DNA from: Candidatus Latescibacterota bacterium
GTDB taxonomy: Bacteria; Krumholzibacteriota; Krumholzibacteriia; WVZY01; JAKEHA01
Direction of reading: 5' to 3'
DNA: 64,000 nt
NCBI GenBank assembly: GCA_963707635.1
Contig: OY970173.1
Coordinates: 544,001-608,000, forward strand
The position numbers and the translations under genes are program-made. Shown here piece after piece: positions 32,183-42,309 of the stretch; the stretch's first letter is position 1, and each line of letters opens with the position of its first letter. Under the pieces are notes generated by a model, which had not been told where the DNA came from, searched no databases, and worked only from the letters and a program-made list of their open reading frames with translations.

Positions 32183-34921
32183 ATGGTTCGCAAATTCGAG
32201 ATGCTCGCGGTTTTCTGCCTGCTGTTCGTGTGCGCAGGCAGCGCATTCGCGGGCGAACCGGCCAAGGCCGGGTCCAAGTCCATCGAGGAGCGCCCCTACG
32301 CGGTGGAACTCCACAAGAAACTCAAGAAGGATGGCCCCCCGCCGTCCGAGCCGAAATACAAGGCCTGGGACAAGGTCATCACCAAGGACCACAAGAAGAA
32401 CGAAGGCCTCCTGACCTTCTATACCAAGCAGGAAGAACTGCTCCTCGAGATCAAGAAGGACGACCTGGACAAGCCGATGCTCGCCATCCTGAGCCTTTCG
32501 CAGGGTATCGGATCCAACTTCATCTTCGGCGGGCTTCCGGTCGACGACATCATGTTCGACTTCCACCGCGACGAGGATCACATCCAGATGCGGCGGTTGA
32601 CCACCAACTTTCGCGCGGGCGACAACCAGCCGCTCAAGAACGCCCTCGCGCTGACGTTCTCGGAGTCGATTCTGGAGAATTTCGCGATCAAGACCGAAAA
32701 AGACGACCGCATCATCATCGACGTGCGGGATTTCTTCCTCTCCGACATTGCCGGCGGGAGCATGTGGATGGGTGCTGCGTTCGGCCAGCCGGTGCGCCTC
32801 GACAGCAAGAAGTGCTATCTCGGGACGCTCGCGAACTATCCCGCCAACACCGACATCGACACCCGGCTCACATTCGCGGCCGGGCGACCGGAGGCGCTTT
32901 TCCTCCCCAACGTCCCCGATTCGCGCGCGATCCAAATCGGCATCACCTGGAGCTTCCGCAGGCTTCCGGAGGTACCGATGATGCCGCGCATCGCGGACGA
33001 TCGCGTCGGCTATTTCACGACGTCCTACAAGGATTTCACGAAGGAGAAGGAAGAGACCTTCTTCACGCATTATGCGAACCGCTGGCGGCTCGAGAAGAAG
33101 GACTCGACGGCGGCCCTCTCCGAGCCCAAGCAGCCGATCGTCTTCTACATCGACAACACCGTGCCCGACGAGTACGCGCCCTACATGATCAAGGGCGTCG
33201 AGTTGTGGCAGAAGGCGTTCGAGGCCGCGGGCTTCAAGAACGCGATCATCGCCAAGCGGGCGCCGACCAAGGAAGAGGACCCCAACTACGACCCGGAGGA
33301 CGCGCGCTACAACACCATCCGCTGGAATACGTCGGACGAGGTGTACTATGGAGCGATCGGACCCTCGCGCGTCGACCCGCGCACGGGCGAGATCATCGAC
33401 GCTGACATTCTCTTCGAGCACAACATCGTGGCGAACTTCGGCAAGAACTACCGGCGGGTCTCGGGCCCACGCGCCGCGCTGATGGACGTCGATCCGAACC
33501 TGAAGCAGCTGTGGCTGACCGACGACGAGCGGGCGCAGGAACGCGCGCTCATGGCGCTGCCCTATTTCAAGAGCCGGCCCTATGGCCTGTGCGCGGTCGA
33601 CGGATGCATGGAGCTGGGCGCCCAGATCATGCGGCTGTCGATGCTCGCGGCGGGTATCGTGGAGGCGGGCGGCACCGTGCCGGAAGAGTTCATCGGCCAG
33701 GCGCTCACGTTCGTGGCGGCGCACGAAGTCGGCCACACACTCGGGCTCCGGCACAACTTCAAGAGCTCGGGCGCGACGCCCTATGACATGCTCAACGACA
33801 AGAGCGCGATCGACAAGATCGGCATGACCGGCTCGGTCATGGATTACCCGACGCCCAACGTGGCGAAGGATTCGTCCAAGCAGGGGTACTACTTTACCCC
33901 GACCGTCGGGACCGCCGACGTGTGGGGCATCCAGTGGGGGTACACGCCGGTCGCGGGCGCGACGGCGAAGGAGCAGTACGAGAAGGTGGCGGCGATCGCG
34001 GCGGAGTGCACCGACAAGGCGCACCTCTACGGGACCGACGAGGACACCTACCCGATGGGGGCGCTCGACCCGCGCAGCAACACCAACGATCTCTCGGACA
34101 ACCCGATGGCGTGGGCGAGCGAGCGGACCGCGATCTGTGACCAGCTCTTGAAGAGCGGGCAGCTCGAGGCGCGCGTCGTGCCGGAGGGTAGCGACTACGT
34201 TCCGCTGCGCAGCGCGGTGCAGACGCTGTTCGTGCAGAAGTACGTCTGCGCCAATATGGCCACCAAGAACATCGGCGGCATGTACACCGAGCGCGCCCAC
34301 CGGGGCGGCGACAAAGCGCCGTTCACACCGGTGCCGGCGGCGGAGCAGCGTCGCGCGCTGGACTTCGTGATCGCGAACGCACTCAAGGCGGACGCGTATG
34401 CGCTGTCGCCCGACATGCTCAACAAGATGCAGGACGACAAGATCTGGAGTTGGGAGAACAACCTGTTCGAACCGGGCCGTCGCTTCGACTTCCCGATCAC
34501 GGACTGGGTGGAGGCCCTGCAGACCGGCGTCCTCTTCAATATCATGAACCCGTACCTGCAGGCGCGCGTCGTGGACCAGCAGTACAAGGCGGAAGACGCG
34601 TTCAAGCTTTCCGAGCTGTACGGCACGCTCACGAAGTCGATCTGGACCGGCAACATGACGCCGAAGGGCAAGACCGCGGTGTGGGATCGCAACCTGCAGC
34701 GCGTCTACACCGAAATGCTGATCCAGCAGGTGGTGACGCCGTGGCCGGTCACGCCCGACGACGCGATCGCGCTGTCCCGGCTGAACCTGTCGCGTATTCG
34801 CGCGGCGGCGCAGGCGTCGCTTGCGACCAAGGGTCTCGACGACGAGACCAACGCGCACCTGATGGAATCGGTTGCGCGCATCGATCGCGCCCTCAACGCG
34901 AGCCGCGAAGCTGACTTCTAG
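32183..34921 (+). CDS. Secreted zinc-dependent metalloprotease (DUF5117/DUF4953-type architecture)
   Basis: Signal peptide; DDRVGYF, DPRTGEII, HEVGHTLGLRHNF, SVMDY Met-turn. Confidence 0.9.
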   Translation: MVRKFEMLAVFCLLFVCAGSAFAGEPAKAGSKSIEERPYAVELHKKLKKDGPPPSEPKYKAWDKVITKDHKKNEGLLTFYTKQEELLLEIKKDDLDKPMLAILSLSQGIGSNFIFGGLPVDDIMFDFHRDEDHIQMRRLTTNFRAGDNQPLKNALALTFSESILENFAIKTEKDDRIIIDVRDFFLSDIAGGSMWMGAAFGQPVRLDSKKCYLGTLANYPANTDIDTRLTFAAGRPEALFLPNVPDSRAIQIGITWSFRRLPEVPMMPRIADDRVGYFTTSYKDFTKEKEETFFTHYANRWRLEKKDSTAALSEPKQPIVFYIDNTVPDEYAPYMIKGVELWQKAFEAAGFKNAIIAKRAPTKEEDPNYDPEDARYNTIRWNTSDEVYYGAIGPSRVDPRTGEIIDADILFEHNIVANFGKNYRRVSGPRAALMDVDPNLKQLWLTDDERAQERALMALPYFKSRPYGLCAVDGCMELGAQIMRLSMLAAGIVEAGGTVPEEFIGQALTFVAAHEVGHTLGLRHNFKSSGATPYDMLNDKSAIDKIGMTGSVMDYPTPNVAKDSSKQGYYFTPTVGTADVWGIQWGYTPVAGATAKEQYEKVAAIAAECTDKAHLYGTDEDTYPMGALDPRSNTNDLSDNPMAWASERTAICDQLLKSGQLEARVVPEGSDYVPLRSAVQTLFVQKYVCANMATKNIGGMYTERAHRGGDKAPFTPVPAAEQRRALDFVIANALKADAYALSPDMLNKMQDDKIWSWENNLFEPGRRFDFPITDWVEALQTGVLFNIMNPYLQARVVDQQYKAEDAFKLSELYGTLTKSIWTGNMTPKGKTAVWDRNLQRVYTEMLIQQVVTPWPVTPDDAIALSRLNLSRIRAAAQASLATKGLDDETNAHLMESVARIDRALNASREADF

Positions 34922-34951
34922 ACTGAACGAGGAGCGCAGATTCCAAAGAAG

Positions 34952-34989
34952 ACTCCCCCGGTCGTCATCGGCCGGGGGAGTTCTTGTTT
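34952..34989. terminator. Intrinsic terminator between convergent genes
   Basis: ACTCCCCCGG...CCGGGGGAGT stem followed by TCTTGTTT. Confidence 0.7.
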
Positions 34990-35021
34990 GGACATTGCGT
35001 TTCGAGAAAACGCCGCGCGGA

Positions 35022-35429
35022 CTACTTGTCGTGGCCCTTCTTCTTCCCGTGTCCGTTGCCGTGCTTCTGGCGCAGGCCGGGCGGGAGGTCGCTGCTGGAG
35101 GATACTACCTTCCAGACGCCGTCGACGCTGGCACTCCACTCCCACGTACCGGCTTCGAAGCGGAAGTACTGGCCCGCGGAGTAATAGTAGTTCGTGAACC
35201 CGGTGACGATATAGACATCGATGTCGGCGTCGTACACGAGCTCGATGCCGTCATGCGCGGTCTTCATCCGATAGCCATGGGCCGGCGCGTGGGGCGGCGG
35301 GCCGGGGTGATCGGCCACCACGGGAGCGTTCGGATCGCGCTCCTGGTAGACGACGGACTTCTTCGCGCATCCGAGCGAGCATGCGACGACGGCAATCAAA
35401 ACGATCAGGGTAACTCGGGTCGCGTTCAT
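35022..35429 (-). CDS. Small lipoprotein with a PPPHAPAHGYR motif
   Basis: AAGGAG RBS; lipobox SLGC; GPPPHAPAHGYR and LPPGL motifs. Confidence 0.75.
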   Translation of the reverse strand: MNATRVTLIVLIAVVACSLGCAKKSVVYQERDPNAPVVADHPGPPPHAPAHGYRMKTAHDGIELVYDADIDVYIVTGFTNYYYSAGQYFRFEAGTWEWSASVDGVWKVVSSSSDLPPGLRQKHGNGHGKKKGHDK

Positions 35430-35551
35430 GGGCGCGCTCCTTATTAATGAGAGTGGGGTCTCCGGAGCGGGGCAGAGCAAGGTTTGGACCGGGGAAGGAT
35501 GAGGAGCGTTCCGTCACGATGGCACGCGACGGGAACGCTTGCAGCGCGGGC

Positions 35552-37336
35552 TTATTTCTCGGTGCCGCGGTTGACGAACGCGCCCGTGCCAATCGCGAAT
35601 GCGGTCGACCCCGACGGGGCCCATACGTCGACCAGGCTCGGGAAGCCGCCCGTCGAAGAGGTCGTCCACGCCTCGCCGTCGAAGTGAACGAACGCGTCGC
35701 GGAACTGCCCGTTGTGGCGGCCGCCGAGGCCCACCACGAACACGTCGCTCGCGGAGACGCCGTAAACGCCTTCCAGCGCGGCTATCGAGCCGACGTTCTC
35801 CGACTTCCACGATGCGCCGTCGAAGCGGAACGCGTTCCCCTGACCGGTCGCGCCGGTGCCGACCGCGATCACGTTGGATGCGGACGAACCCCACACACCG
35901 AGCAGCGCCACCGCGTTGAGCATCGCCATCGGGCTCCACGACACGCCGTCGTAGCGGAGCACGAGCCCGTCGTTGCCAACTGCCAAAATGTTGGAAGGAG
36001 ACGACCCCCACACGGCGTTGAGTGCCTTCGTCGTTCCGGTGACTTCGATCTGCCAGTCGGACCCGTTGTAGTGCAAGACGGTGCCGTTGTTGCCGACGGC
36101 GTAGCGCCTCGTTCGGTGACGGGTACCCAGACCGCGTTGAGTCCCTCGGTGGTGCCGCTCGTCTCCGGCGGCCCACGCGACGCCGTCGTAGCGCATGATG
36201 AGTCCGTCGTCACCGACGGCGATCACGTCGGTCCGGGAGGAACCCCACACGTCGTTGAGCGAACCGCCCACGCCGCCGACCACGAATTTCCAGCCGCTCC
36301 CGTCGCGGTGGAAGATCTGGGAGTGATCACCCACCATCCACACGTCGCTGGCCGACGAACCCCAGATGCCGCGATACACGATCGAGCCGCCGTCGCTCAA
36401 TTCCCGCTTCCACTCGGAGCCATCGTAGCGGACGACGGTGCCGCTCTGGCCGACCGCGATCACATCGCCGGCGGGGTCACCCCACACGCTCTGCATATCC
36501 TGCAGCGTAAAAATGTTGGTGGTGAATCGCGTCCAGTCCGTGCCGTCGTAGTGGAGCACAGTGCCCGCGATCCCGGCGGCGAAGACGTTGGTGGGAGCTG
36601 AGCCCCAGACCGAGAGTAGGTCGCGCGTGACGGTGCTCGTCTGCGACTCCCACGACGTCCCGTCGAAATGGATGATGGCGCCGCTGTTGCCGATCGCGAA
36701 CACGTCGCTCGCGGAGGTGCCGAACACGCCCCGGAGATTCTGCGTGGTCGGCGTCAGCGGACTCGACCAGTCGAGACCGTCGTAGTCCAGCACGAGCCCA
36801 CCGTTGCCGACCACGAACACGCGGTTGGGGGCGAACGCCCACACGCCACGCAGATTGTCCGGGACTCCGACCGGCACCGGGGTCCAATTCGCCCCGTCGT
36901 AGTGAATCACGTTGCCGCTGTTGCCGACTGCCCAAACGTCGGCGCCGGACGCGCCCGAGACGGCGTTCAGGTCGATGGTCACCGGCGAATTCACCCGGGT
37001 CCAGGCCGCGCCGTCGTAGTGGAGGATCACGCCGTTCGCGCCCACCGCAAACACGTCGCTTCCACCTGCTCCCCACACCGCGTTGATCTCCACGCCGACG
37101 CCGGTGTCGAAGTGCGTCCACTGAGTCCCGTCGTAGTGGATTGCCTGTCCGTTGGCACCGACCGCCCAGACGTCGGTCGATGAGGCGACCCAGGTGCCGT
37201 GGAGCGTGCCGATCTCGGCCAGCTCCATCGTGAATCCGTACGTCGGAGGCTCGGGCGGATACACCGTCGAGTCCTGGCAAGCGGGCGACGCGGCGGCCGC
37301 GAGGGCGATCAGAAGCGCAAGGCGAGGATAGGTCAT
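35552..37336 (-). CDS. Beta-propeller repeat lipoprotein
   Basis: About 14 repeats of L-x-x-VWG-x4-(D/N)V-x-AVG-x-x-G-x-I-x-HYDG-x-x-W; lipobox-like SPAC. Confidence 0.85.
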   Translation of the reverse strand: MTYPRLALLIALAAAASPACQDSTVYPPEPPTYGFTMELAEIGTLHGTWVASSTDVWAVGANGQAIHYDGTQWTHFDTGVGVEINAVWGAGGSDVFAVGANGVILHYDGAAWTRVNSPVTIDLNAVSGASGADVWAVGNSGNVIHYDGANWTPVPVGVPDNLRGVWAFAPNRVFVVGNGGLVLDYDGLDWSSPLTPTTQNLRGVFGTSASDVFAIGNSGAIIHFDGTSWESQTSTVTRDLLSVWGSAPTNVFAAGIAGTVLHYDGTDWTRFTTNIFTLQDMQSVWGDPAGDVIAVGQSGTVVRYDGSEWKRELSDGGSIVYRGIWGSSASDVWMVGDHSQIFHRDGSGWKFVVGGVGGSLNDVWGSSRTDVIAVGDDGLIMRYDGVAWAAGDERHHRGTQRGLGTRHRTRRYAVGNNGTVLHYNGSDWQIEVTGTTKALNAVWGSSPSNILAVGNDGLVLRYDGVSWSPMAMLNAVALLGVWGSSASNVIAVGTGATGQGNAFRFDGASWKSENVGSIAALEGVYGVSASDVFVVGLGGRHNGQFRDAFVHFDGEAWTTSSTGGFPSLVDVWAPSGSTAFAIGTGAFVNRGTEK

Positions 37337-37446
37337 GGGAGAAAGGCCGCCGGGGAACGGTGAATCCCTAGCATACGCGCTCGCGAGCGACGGGGTCAAG
37401 GCGGGCCTACCTATGGGCGGTGTGCACTCCCTCTGCCGCCCACCAG

Positions 37447-37540
37447 GCAGGCGACATATCGGACTCCGCGCTCATGCGCTCGCGCGCACAAGTTGATACG
37501 CACGACTCGCGAAATCGCACTTCGCCCGAAATGTCGCCTG
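37447..37540. repeat. REP/REPIN-like element A, copy 2
   Basis: Aligns end to end with 26830-26923 with few substitutions. Confidence 0.8.
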
Positions 37541-37554
37541 TTCCTCGGGACCGA

Positions 37555-38418
37555 TCATCCTGGGTATTGAAACCCGGTCAGCTGCTCGCTCTCTTCCCAG
37601 AGGCGCCGCTGCGTCTCGCGATCATACGACGTCTCGCACGTTCCCATCGTCCGGCAGTGGCGAAAGTACTGGCCGGTCACCCCTGCGACCTCCGGCGACG
37701 ACGCGAGGTAGACCGGTGTCTCCGCGCCGTCCTCGGGTTGTTTGAAGAGCTTGCCGGTCACGTCCCACGCCAGCTGGAGCGCGGACGAGAAGTTACGCAG
37801 CAGCTTGGTGCGAATCACTCCCGGGTGGAGGCAGTTGGCGGTAACGCCGGTTCCGTCGAGCCGCCGCGCCAGCTCGTAGGTAAACATGACGTTCATGAGC
37901 TTCGTGTTCGCGTAGGCCTGCCAGCCGCGGTACTGGCGCTTCATCTGCAGGTCGTCGAAGTCGATGACACCGCTCGACTGGGCCGTCGATGCCACATTGA
38001 TGATGCGCGCCGGGGCACTGACGAGCATCGTTTTAACAAGCAGCCCCGTCAGCAGGAAATACGCGAGGTGGTTCACGAAGAACTGCACTTCGATCCCTTC
38101 GGGAGTCTCCCGGCGCCGGCTGGTCAGGACCGCTGCGTTGTTAATGAGCACGTCGAGGCGGTTGTACTTCGCCTGGACCTCTGCGGCGAGGGCCCGAATG
38201 GCGGCCGTGGTCGAAAGATCCGCGACCAGCAGGTCGACGGTGGCCGCGGGGACCGCGGCCAGGATCTCCGCGCGCGCCGCCTCGCCGCGCCGCGCGGTGC
38301 GGCTCACCATCACGACATGGGCGCCGAGCGCGGCCAGCCGCGCCGCGGTCGCTTTGCCGATTCCGGACGACGCTCCCGTGACCAGCATGATCTTGCCGTT
38401 CATCCCCACCGTCTCCAT
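37555..38418 (-). CDS. Short-chain dehydrogenase/reductase (retinol dehydrogenase-like)
   Basis: TGASSGIG, NNAA, YANTK (YxxxK), LHPG. Confidence 0.92.
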   Translation of the reverse strand: METVGMNGKIMLVTGASSGIGKATAARLAALGAHVVMVSRTARRGEAARAEILAAVPAATVDLLVADLSTTAAIRALAAEVQAKYNRLDVLINNAAVLTSRRRETPEGIEVQFFVNHLAYFLLTGLLVKTMLVSAPARIINVASTAQSSGVIDFDDLQMKRQYRGWQAYANTKLMNVMFTYELARRLDGTGVTANCLHPGVIRTKLLRNFSSALQLAWDVTGKLFKQPEDGAETPVYLASSPEVAGVTGQYFRHCRTMGTCETSYDRETQRRLWEESEQLTGFQYPG

Positions 38419-38441
38419 GCCGGCATGATACGCTAGTCGCC

Positions 38442-39632
38442 ATGTCCGAAGCGACGGCCAAGCCTCGCGCCATCCTCCACGTCGACATGGACGCGTTCTA
38501 CGCCGCCGTCGAAGTGATGGACCACCCCGAGCTGGCGGGCAAGCCGGTCATCGTCGGCGGCTCCCGCGAAGAGCGGGGAGTCGTCTCCGCGGCGTCGTAC
38601 GAGGCTCGCGTCTTCGGCGTGCACAGCGCGATGAGTTCCTTTCGCGCCCACCAGCTCTGCACGGACGGCGTGTTCCTCCCGCCGCGCATGTCGCGCTACG
38701 TCGAGGTCTCGCGCGAGATCCACGCGATTCTCGAGTCCTACACCCCGCTGGTCGAACCCATCTCCATCGACGAGGCCTTCCTCGACGTGACGGCCAGCCG
38801 CGCGCTCTTCGGCACGGGAGTGGAGATCGGGCGCGCGATCAAACGGCGCATCCGCGGGGAGATCGGGTTGACGGCATCGGTGGGGGTGGCGCCGAACAAG
38901 TTTCTCGCCAAACTCGCCAGCGACCTGGAAAAGCCCGACGGCTTCGTGATGTTCAGCGACGACGACGCGGCGGCTCGCCTGGCGCCGCTTCCGGTCTCGC
39001 GGCTGTGGGGAGTCGGCAAGGTGACGGAGAAATCACTACTCGCCGCCGGCATCCGCACCATCGGCGACGTGGTTACGACGCCGGATGCGTTTCTCGAGGG
39101 GCTGGTGGGTTCCTACGCGCCGCGCATGAAGCAACTCGCGCGCGGGATCGACGAGCGCCCGGTGGTCGCAGACATGGAGGCGAAATCCATCGGCGCCGAG
39201 AACACGTTCGCCCGGGACCTCGCGGGAGCGGACGAGTTGCGCGCGGAGCTGGACCTGCTGGCGGAGCGCGTCGCGCGCCGAGCGCGCGCCGACGGCATGA
39301 CGGGCTACACCGTGAACCTCAAGGCGCGCTACGCGAACTTCACCACGGTGACGCGGGCGGTCACGCTGCCGGAGCCGACGAACGAGTCGGTGGCGATCCG
39401 CGATGCCGCGCGGGAGTTGTTGGAAAGGAAACTGGATCGGAACGGACGCGCGCTCCGGCTGCTCGGGGTGTCGCTATCGAACCTGGCGCACACGGACGAA
39501 TTCGCCCATGACCTTTTCGACACGCCCCGCGCGTCGCGCAATCGGACGCTGGACTCGGTGATGGACGCGCTGCGCGAGCGATTCGGTGCCTCGGCCGTCG
39601 GGCGCGGAATCAAGCGCAGTCGGAGGGAGTAG
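38442..39632 (+). CDS. dinB: DNA polymerase IV
   Basis: ILHVDMDAFYA, SYEAR, SIDEAFLD, LASDLEKPDG, GVG HhH motif. Confidence 0.95.
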   Translation: MSEATAKPRAILHVDMDAFYAAVEVMDHPELAGKPVIVGGSREERGVVSAASYEARVFGVHSAMSSFRAHQLCTDGVFLPPRMSRYVEVSREIHAILESYTPLVEPISIDEAFLDVTASRALFGTGVEIGRAIKRRIRGEIGLTASVGVAPNKFLAKLASDLEKPDGFVMFSDDDAAARLAPLPVSRLWGVGKVTEKSLLAAGIRTIGDVVTTPDAFLEGLVGSYAPRMKQLARGIDERPVVADMEAKSIGAENTFARDLAGADELRAELDLLAERVARRARADGMTGYTVNLKARYANFTTVTRAVTLPEPTNESVAIRDAARELLERKLDRNGRALRLLGVSLSNLAHTDEFAHDLFDTPRASRNRTLDSVMDALRERFGASAVGRGIKRSRRE

Positions 39633-39723
39633 GCGCCAGCGCGTCGCGCCGCACCCCGCCACGTTCCACAAACCCATCTCCGTTGCCTCGAGAAACTTTC
39701 ATGTCACCTCGGCCCGCGGTTCG

Positions 39724-42282
39724 CTAGTTCGTGTTTCCTGTGGGGCCGCCCGCCCCGTTCAGCCCGTTCGGGGATCCTCCGGTGCCGCCGTTACCGCCAC
39801 TGCCGATCGTAAATATTGAGGACGAGATCGTCGGTGCCGAGGAGCCTCCCTTGAAGACACCGTAGCTCGGCCCGCCGGGTCCGCCGGCGCCGCCACCTCC
39901 GGTGCCGCCGTTTCCACCCGCTCCTCCGTTACCACCCGCGCCGACTTCCCCCGTGCAAGCGACCGCGCCTGGGCCACCGCCACCACCCGTTCCGGCGCCG
40001 CCGCCAGCCCCGCCGTTGCCTCCAAGTCCGCCGTTGCCAGACTGGAAGTAGCACGACACGAATTGGGGTGAGGAGTTCACGAGCAAGACGGCGAACGACG
40101 CCCGTCCGCCGGTACCGCCCTGACCGCCGCCGCCACCCGCACCGCCGCCGCCGCCGCCACCACCACCATTACCCGTGCCGTCGTCGCAGAACGTGCATCC
40201 CTGTCCGCCGCCGCCGCCCCCGCCCCCGCCGCCCCGACCGCTCGTACCGGTCCCTCCGGCGTCTGAGACAGCCGGCACCCACTCGTTGACCACGATCGAA
40301 CCACTCCCCGACGCGCTAAAGCCGCCGGCACCCAACGTGCCGAACGCTCCATTGACCCCAATTCCACCCGGGCCACCCGGGTCACCGCCCGAGCCCCCGT
40401 TACCGCCCGATCCTCCCCCACACGCGCCGATAAATCCGGCGGAGCCGGGGTTGCTGCCGGCGGGACCGCCGTTGCCGCCGGAGCCACCGGGGCAGCCCGA
40501 GGGAGACGATCCACCCGTTCCTCCCGGTGCTGTGATATTTCCATCGCAGCTTCCATTCGTGCCGCCATTTCCCGCGCTGCCGTTCGCCCCGGGAGTTCCC
40601 GTCGATCCCGCTGCGCCGGGGCTGGACGCGTTCGGAGCCGTGAACTGGCAATCCTCGAAGCGCAGATTGGAACTCGCTCCGAGCGAGTACAGGGCGATCG
40701 CGTTCGCACTGCCCGACGGCACCAACAGGGTCAGCGCCAGTTTCCGGATCGTGGTTGCCGTGGTGATGTTGTTCGCCGTTCCGCGCGCAGCGCCGCTGAA
40801 GCTGAAAGCAGAATACGAGCCCCCTTCGGCCCAGTACGGCAACACCCGGCCACCGCGCACGTCGATGCCGGACACAAACGTCGGAGCACCGGTGTAGCTG
40901 CCTTGCAGGACGTACACCTCGTCGATGCCGTAAAATTGTGCGCGCGTGTACGCGACCGAAAGGGTCGCGACCGGCAAGGCGGCAGTGCCGGGTTGGGAGT
41001 CGTTTCCGCTGGACGACATGAATACCTGCGCCCGCACGATGACGAGTGCGACTGTGTCGTCGTCGGTGGCTCCGTCGTCGTCGGTGACGCGGAATCTGGC
41101 GGTATAGTTGCCGGGCAGGTAGAGGTGATTCGCGTTGCCCGAGCTGCCGCTGGAGTAGTCGTAGGTGCCGTTGTTCTCCCAGTCCCATTCGTACAGCACG
41201 ATGGTGCCGTCGCCGTCGCTCCCGTTGGCGACGAACAACACCGGTGTCCCGTCCTGCTGCGGCGACGCGCTGACGATGGTCGCCGTCGGCGCGACGTTGG
41301 CGGAGATCGACAGCTTGACGGCGGCGAGTCCGATCGCGCCGTCGTCGTCGGTGACGCGCAATTTGGCGGTAAAATCTCCTTCCGCCGAGTAGGTGTGGCT
41401 GGCGTTACCCGTCGACGCGTTCGAATAGTCGAAGATACCGTCGTCCTCCCAGTCCCACTCGTACAGCACGACGCTGCCGTCCGCGTCGCTTCCGGATGCA
41501 ACGAACTGGACCGGGACGTTTTGAACCTCCGGCGCCGCGCTCGCGATGGTCGCCACCGGCGGGATGTTCGAATCGATCCGCAGCAGCATGGCAGCGAGCG
41601 AAACGATCTCGCCCGCGGTGGTGATGGTCCCGTTCTCCGTGTCTTCCAGATAATGCGCGTGTTCCGCGCGGACCGTGTAGGTTCCGACTGGCACGTCGGT
41701 GAGGGCGTAGGCCCCAGTGGGGTCGGTGACCGCCACGTACGACGTCCCCTGTGCGTAGACCACCGTGCCCTGATGCTCGGTGGCGTTTTCCAGCGTGGCC
41801 ACGCCGCTGAACGTCCCGGTCGGGGTCAGGTCGACGTCGACGATCACGGTGTCGATCATGGCCTTCGGATCCGGCACCGACAGCGAGCGCATCGCGCCGA
41901 GGTGGTCGTCCGCGATCACCTGCAGGAAGTATTCACCCGTGCTCATATTGTCGAACGCGAAGCGCCCGTTTTCGCCCGTCACGGTAACGCGGCGGCCCGG
42001 CGTGCTCTCGCGGGTGGAGCCTGGGCTCGAGGACAGGTGCGCGGCACTCGCCGCGACGCCGTCAGCCGCGGGCTCGATCACCACGAGCGCGTCGGCCACG
42101 GCGTGGTCGTTCCCGTCGCGAACCGCGCCGGCGACCACGGTTGCCTGCGGCGTCGAGTTCTGCGGAAGTGGCGAGTAGTGGTCGCCGTCCTTTCCGCAGG
42201 CGAGGAGCGCGAGCATCACCGCGAGCACGGAAACGCGGCTGGAACGGTGCACTGCGCGGGTCCAGTGTCGGGGCGTCAGCAT
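39724..42282 (-). CDS. Surface lipoprotein with carboxypeptidase-regulatory-like domains, two PKD domains and a Gly-rich C-terminus
   Basis: Lipobox LLAC; two YEWDWE...VTDDDG PKD repeats; GNDSQPGT motif; long GGxGGxG tract. Confidence 0.8.
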   Translation of the reverse strand: MLTPRHWTRAVHRSSRVSVLAVMLALLACGKDGDHYSPLPQNSTPQATVVAGAVRDGNDHAVADALVVIEPAADGVAASAAHLSSSPGSTRESTPGRRVTVTGENGRFAFDNMSTGEYFLQVIADDHLGAMRSLSVPDPKAMIDTVIVDVDLTPTGTFSGVATLENATEHQGTVVYAQGTSYVAVTDPTGAYALTDVPVGTYTVRAEHAHYLEDTENGTITTAGEIVSLAAMLLRIDSNIPPVATIASAAPEVQNVPVQFVASGSDADGSVVLYEWDWEDDGIFDYSNASTGNASHTYSAEGDFTAKLRVTDDDGAIGLAAVKLSISANVAPTATIVSASPQQDGTPVLFVANGSDGDGTIVLYEWDWENNGTYDYSSGSSGNANHLYLPGNYTARFRVTDDDGATDDDTVALVIVRAQVFMSSSGNDSQPGTAALPVATLSVAYTRAQFYGIDEVYVLQGSYTGAPTFVSGIDVRGGRVLPYWAEGGSYSAFSFSGAARGTANNITTATTIRKLALTLLVPSGSANAIALYSLGASSNLRFEDCQFTAPNASSPGAAGSTGTPGANGSAGNGGTNGSCDGNITAPGGTGGSSPSGCPGGSGGNGGPAGSNPGSAGFIGACGGGSGGNGGSGGDPGGPGGIGVNGAFGTLGAGGFSASGSGSIVVNEWVPAVSDAGGTGTSGRGGGGGGGGGGQGCTFCDDGTGNGGGGGGGGGAGGGGGQGGTGGRASFAVLLVNSSPQFVSCYFQSGNGGLGGNGGAGGGAGTGGGGGPGAVACTGEVGAGGNGGAGGNGGTGGGGAGGPGGPSYGVFKGGSSAPTISSSIFTIGSGGNGGTGGSPNGLNGAGGPTGNTN

Positions 42283-42309
42283 AGAGTCCTCCCGGTGCGC
42301 GTGGCCCGG

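Noticed and set aside
31952..34858. N-terminal ~970 aa of the 1710-aa ORF
   Set aside because: Antisense shadow of the metalloprotease gene; the peptidase starts at 31951 with an RBS and signal peptide
35552..37200. CRISPR-like periodic repeats (gccgtcgtag, ccccacac)
   Set aside because: Degenerate coding repeats of a beta-propeller protein; no identical repeats with unique spacers and no cas genes
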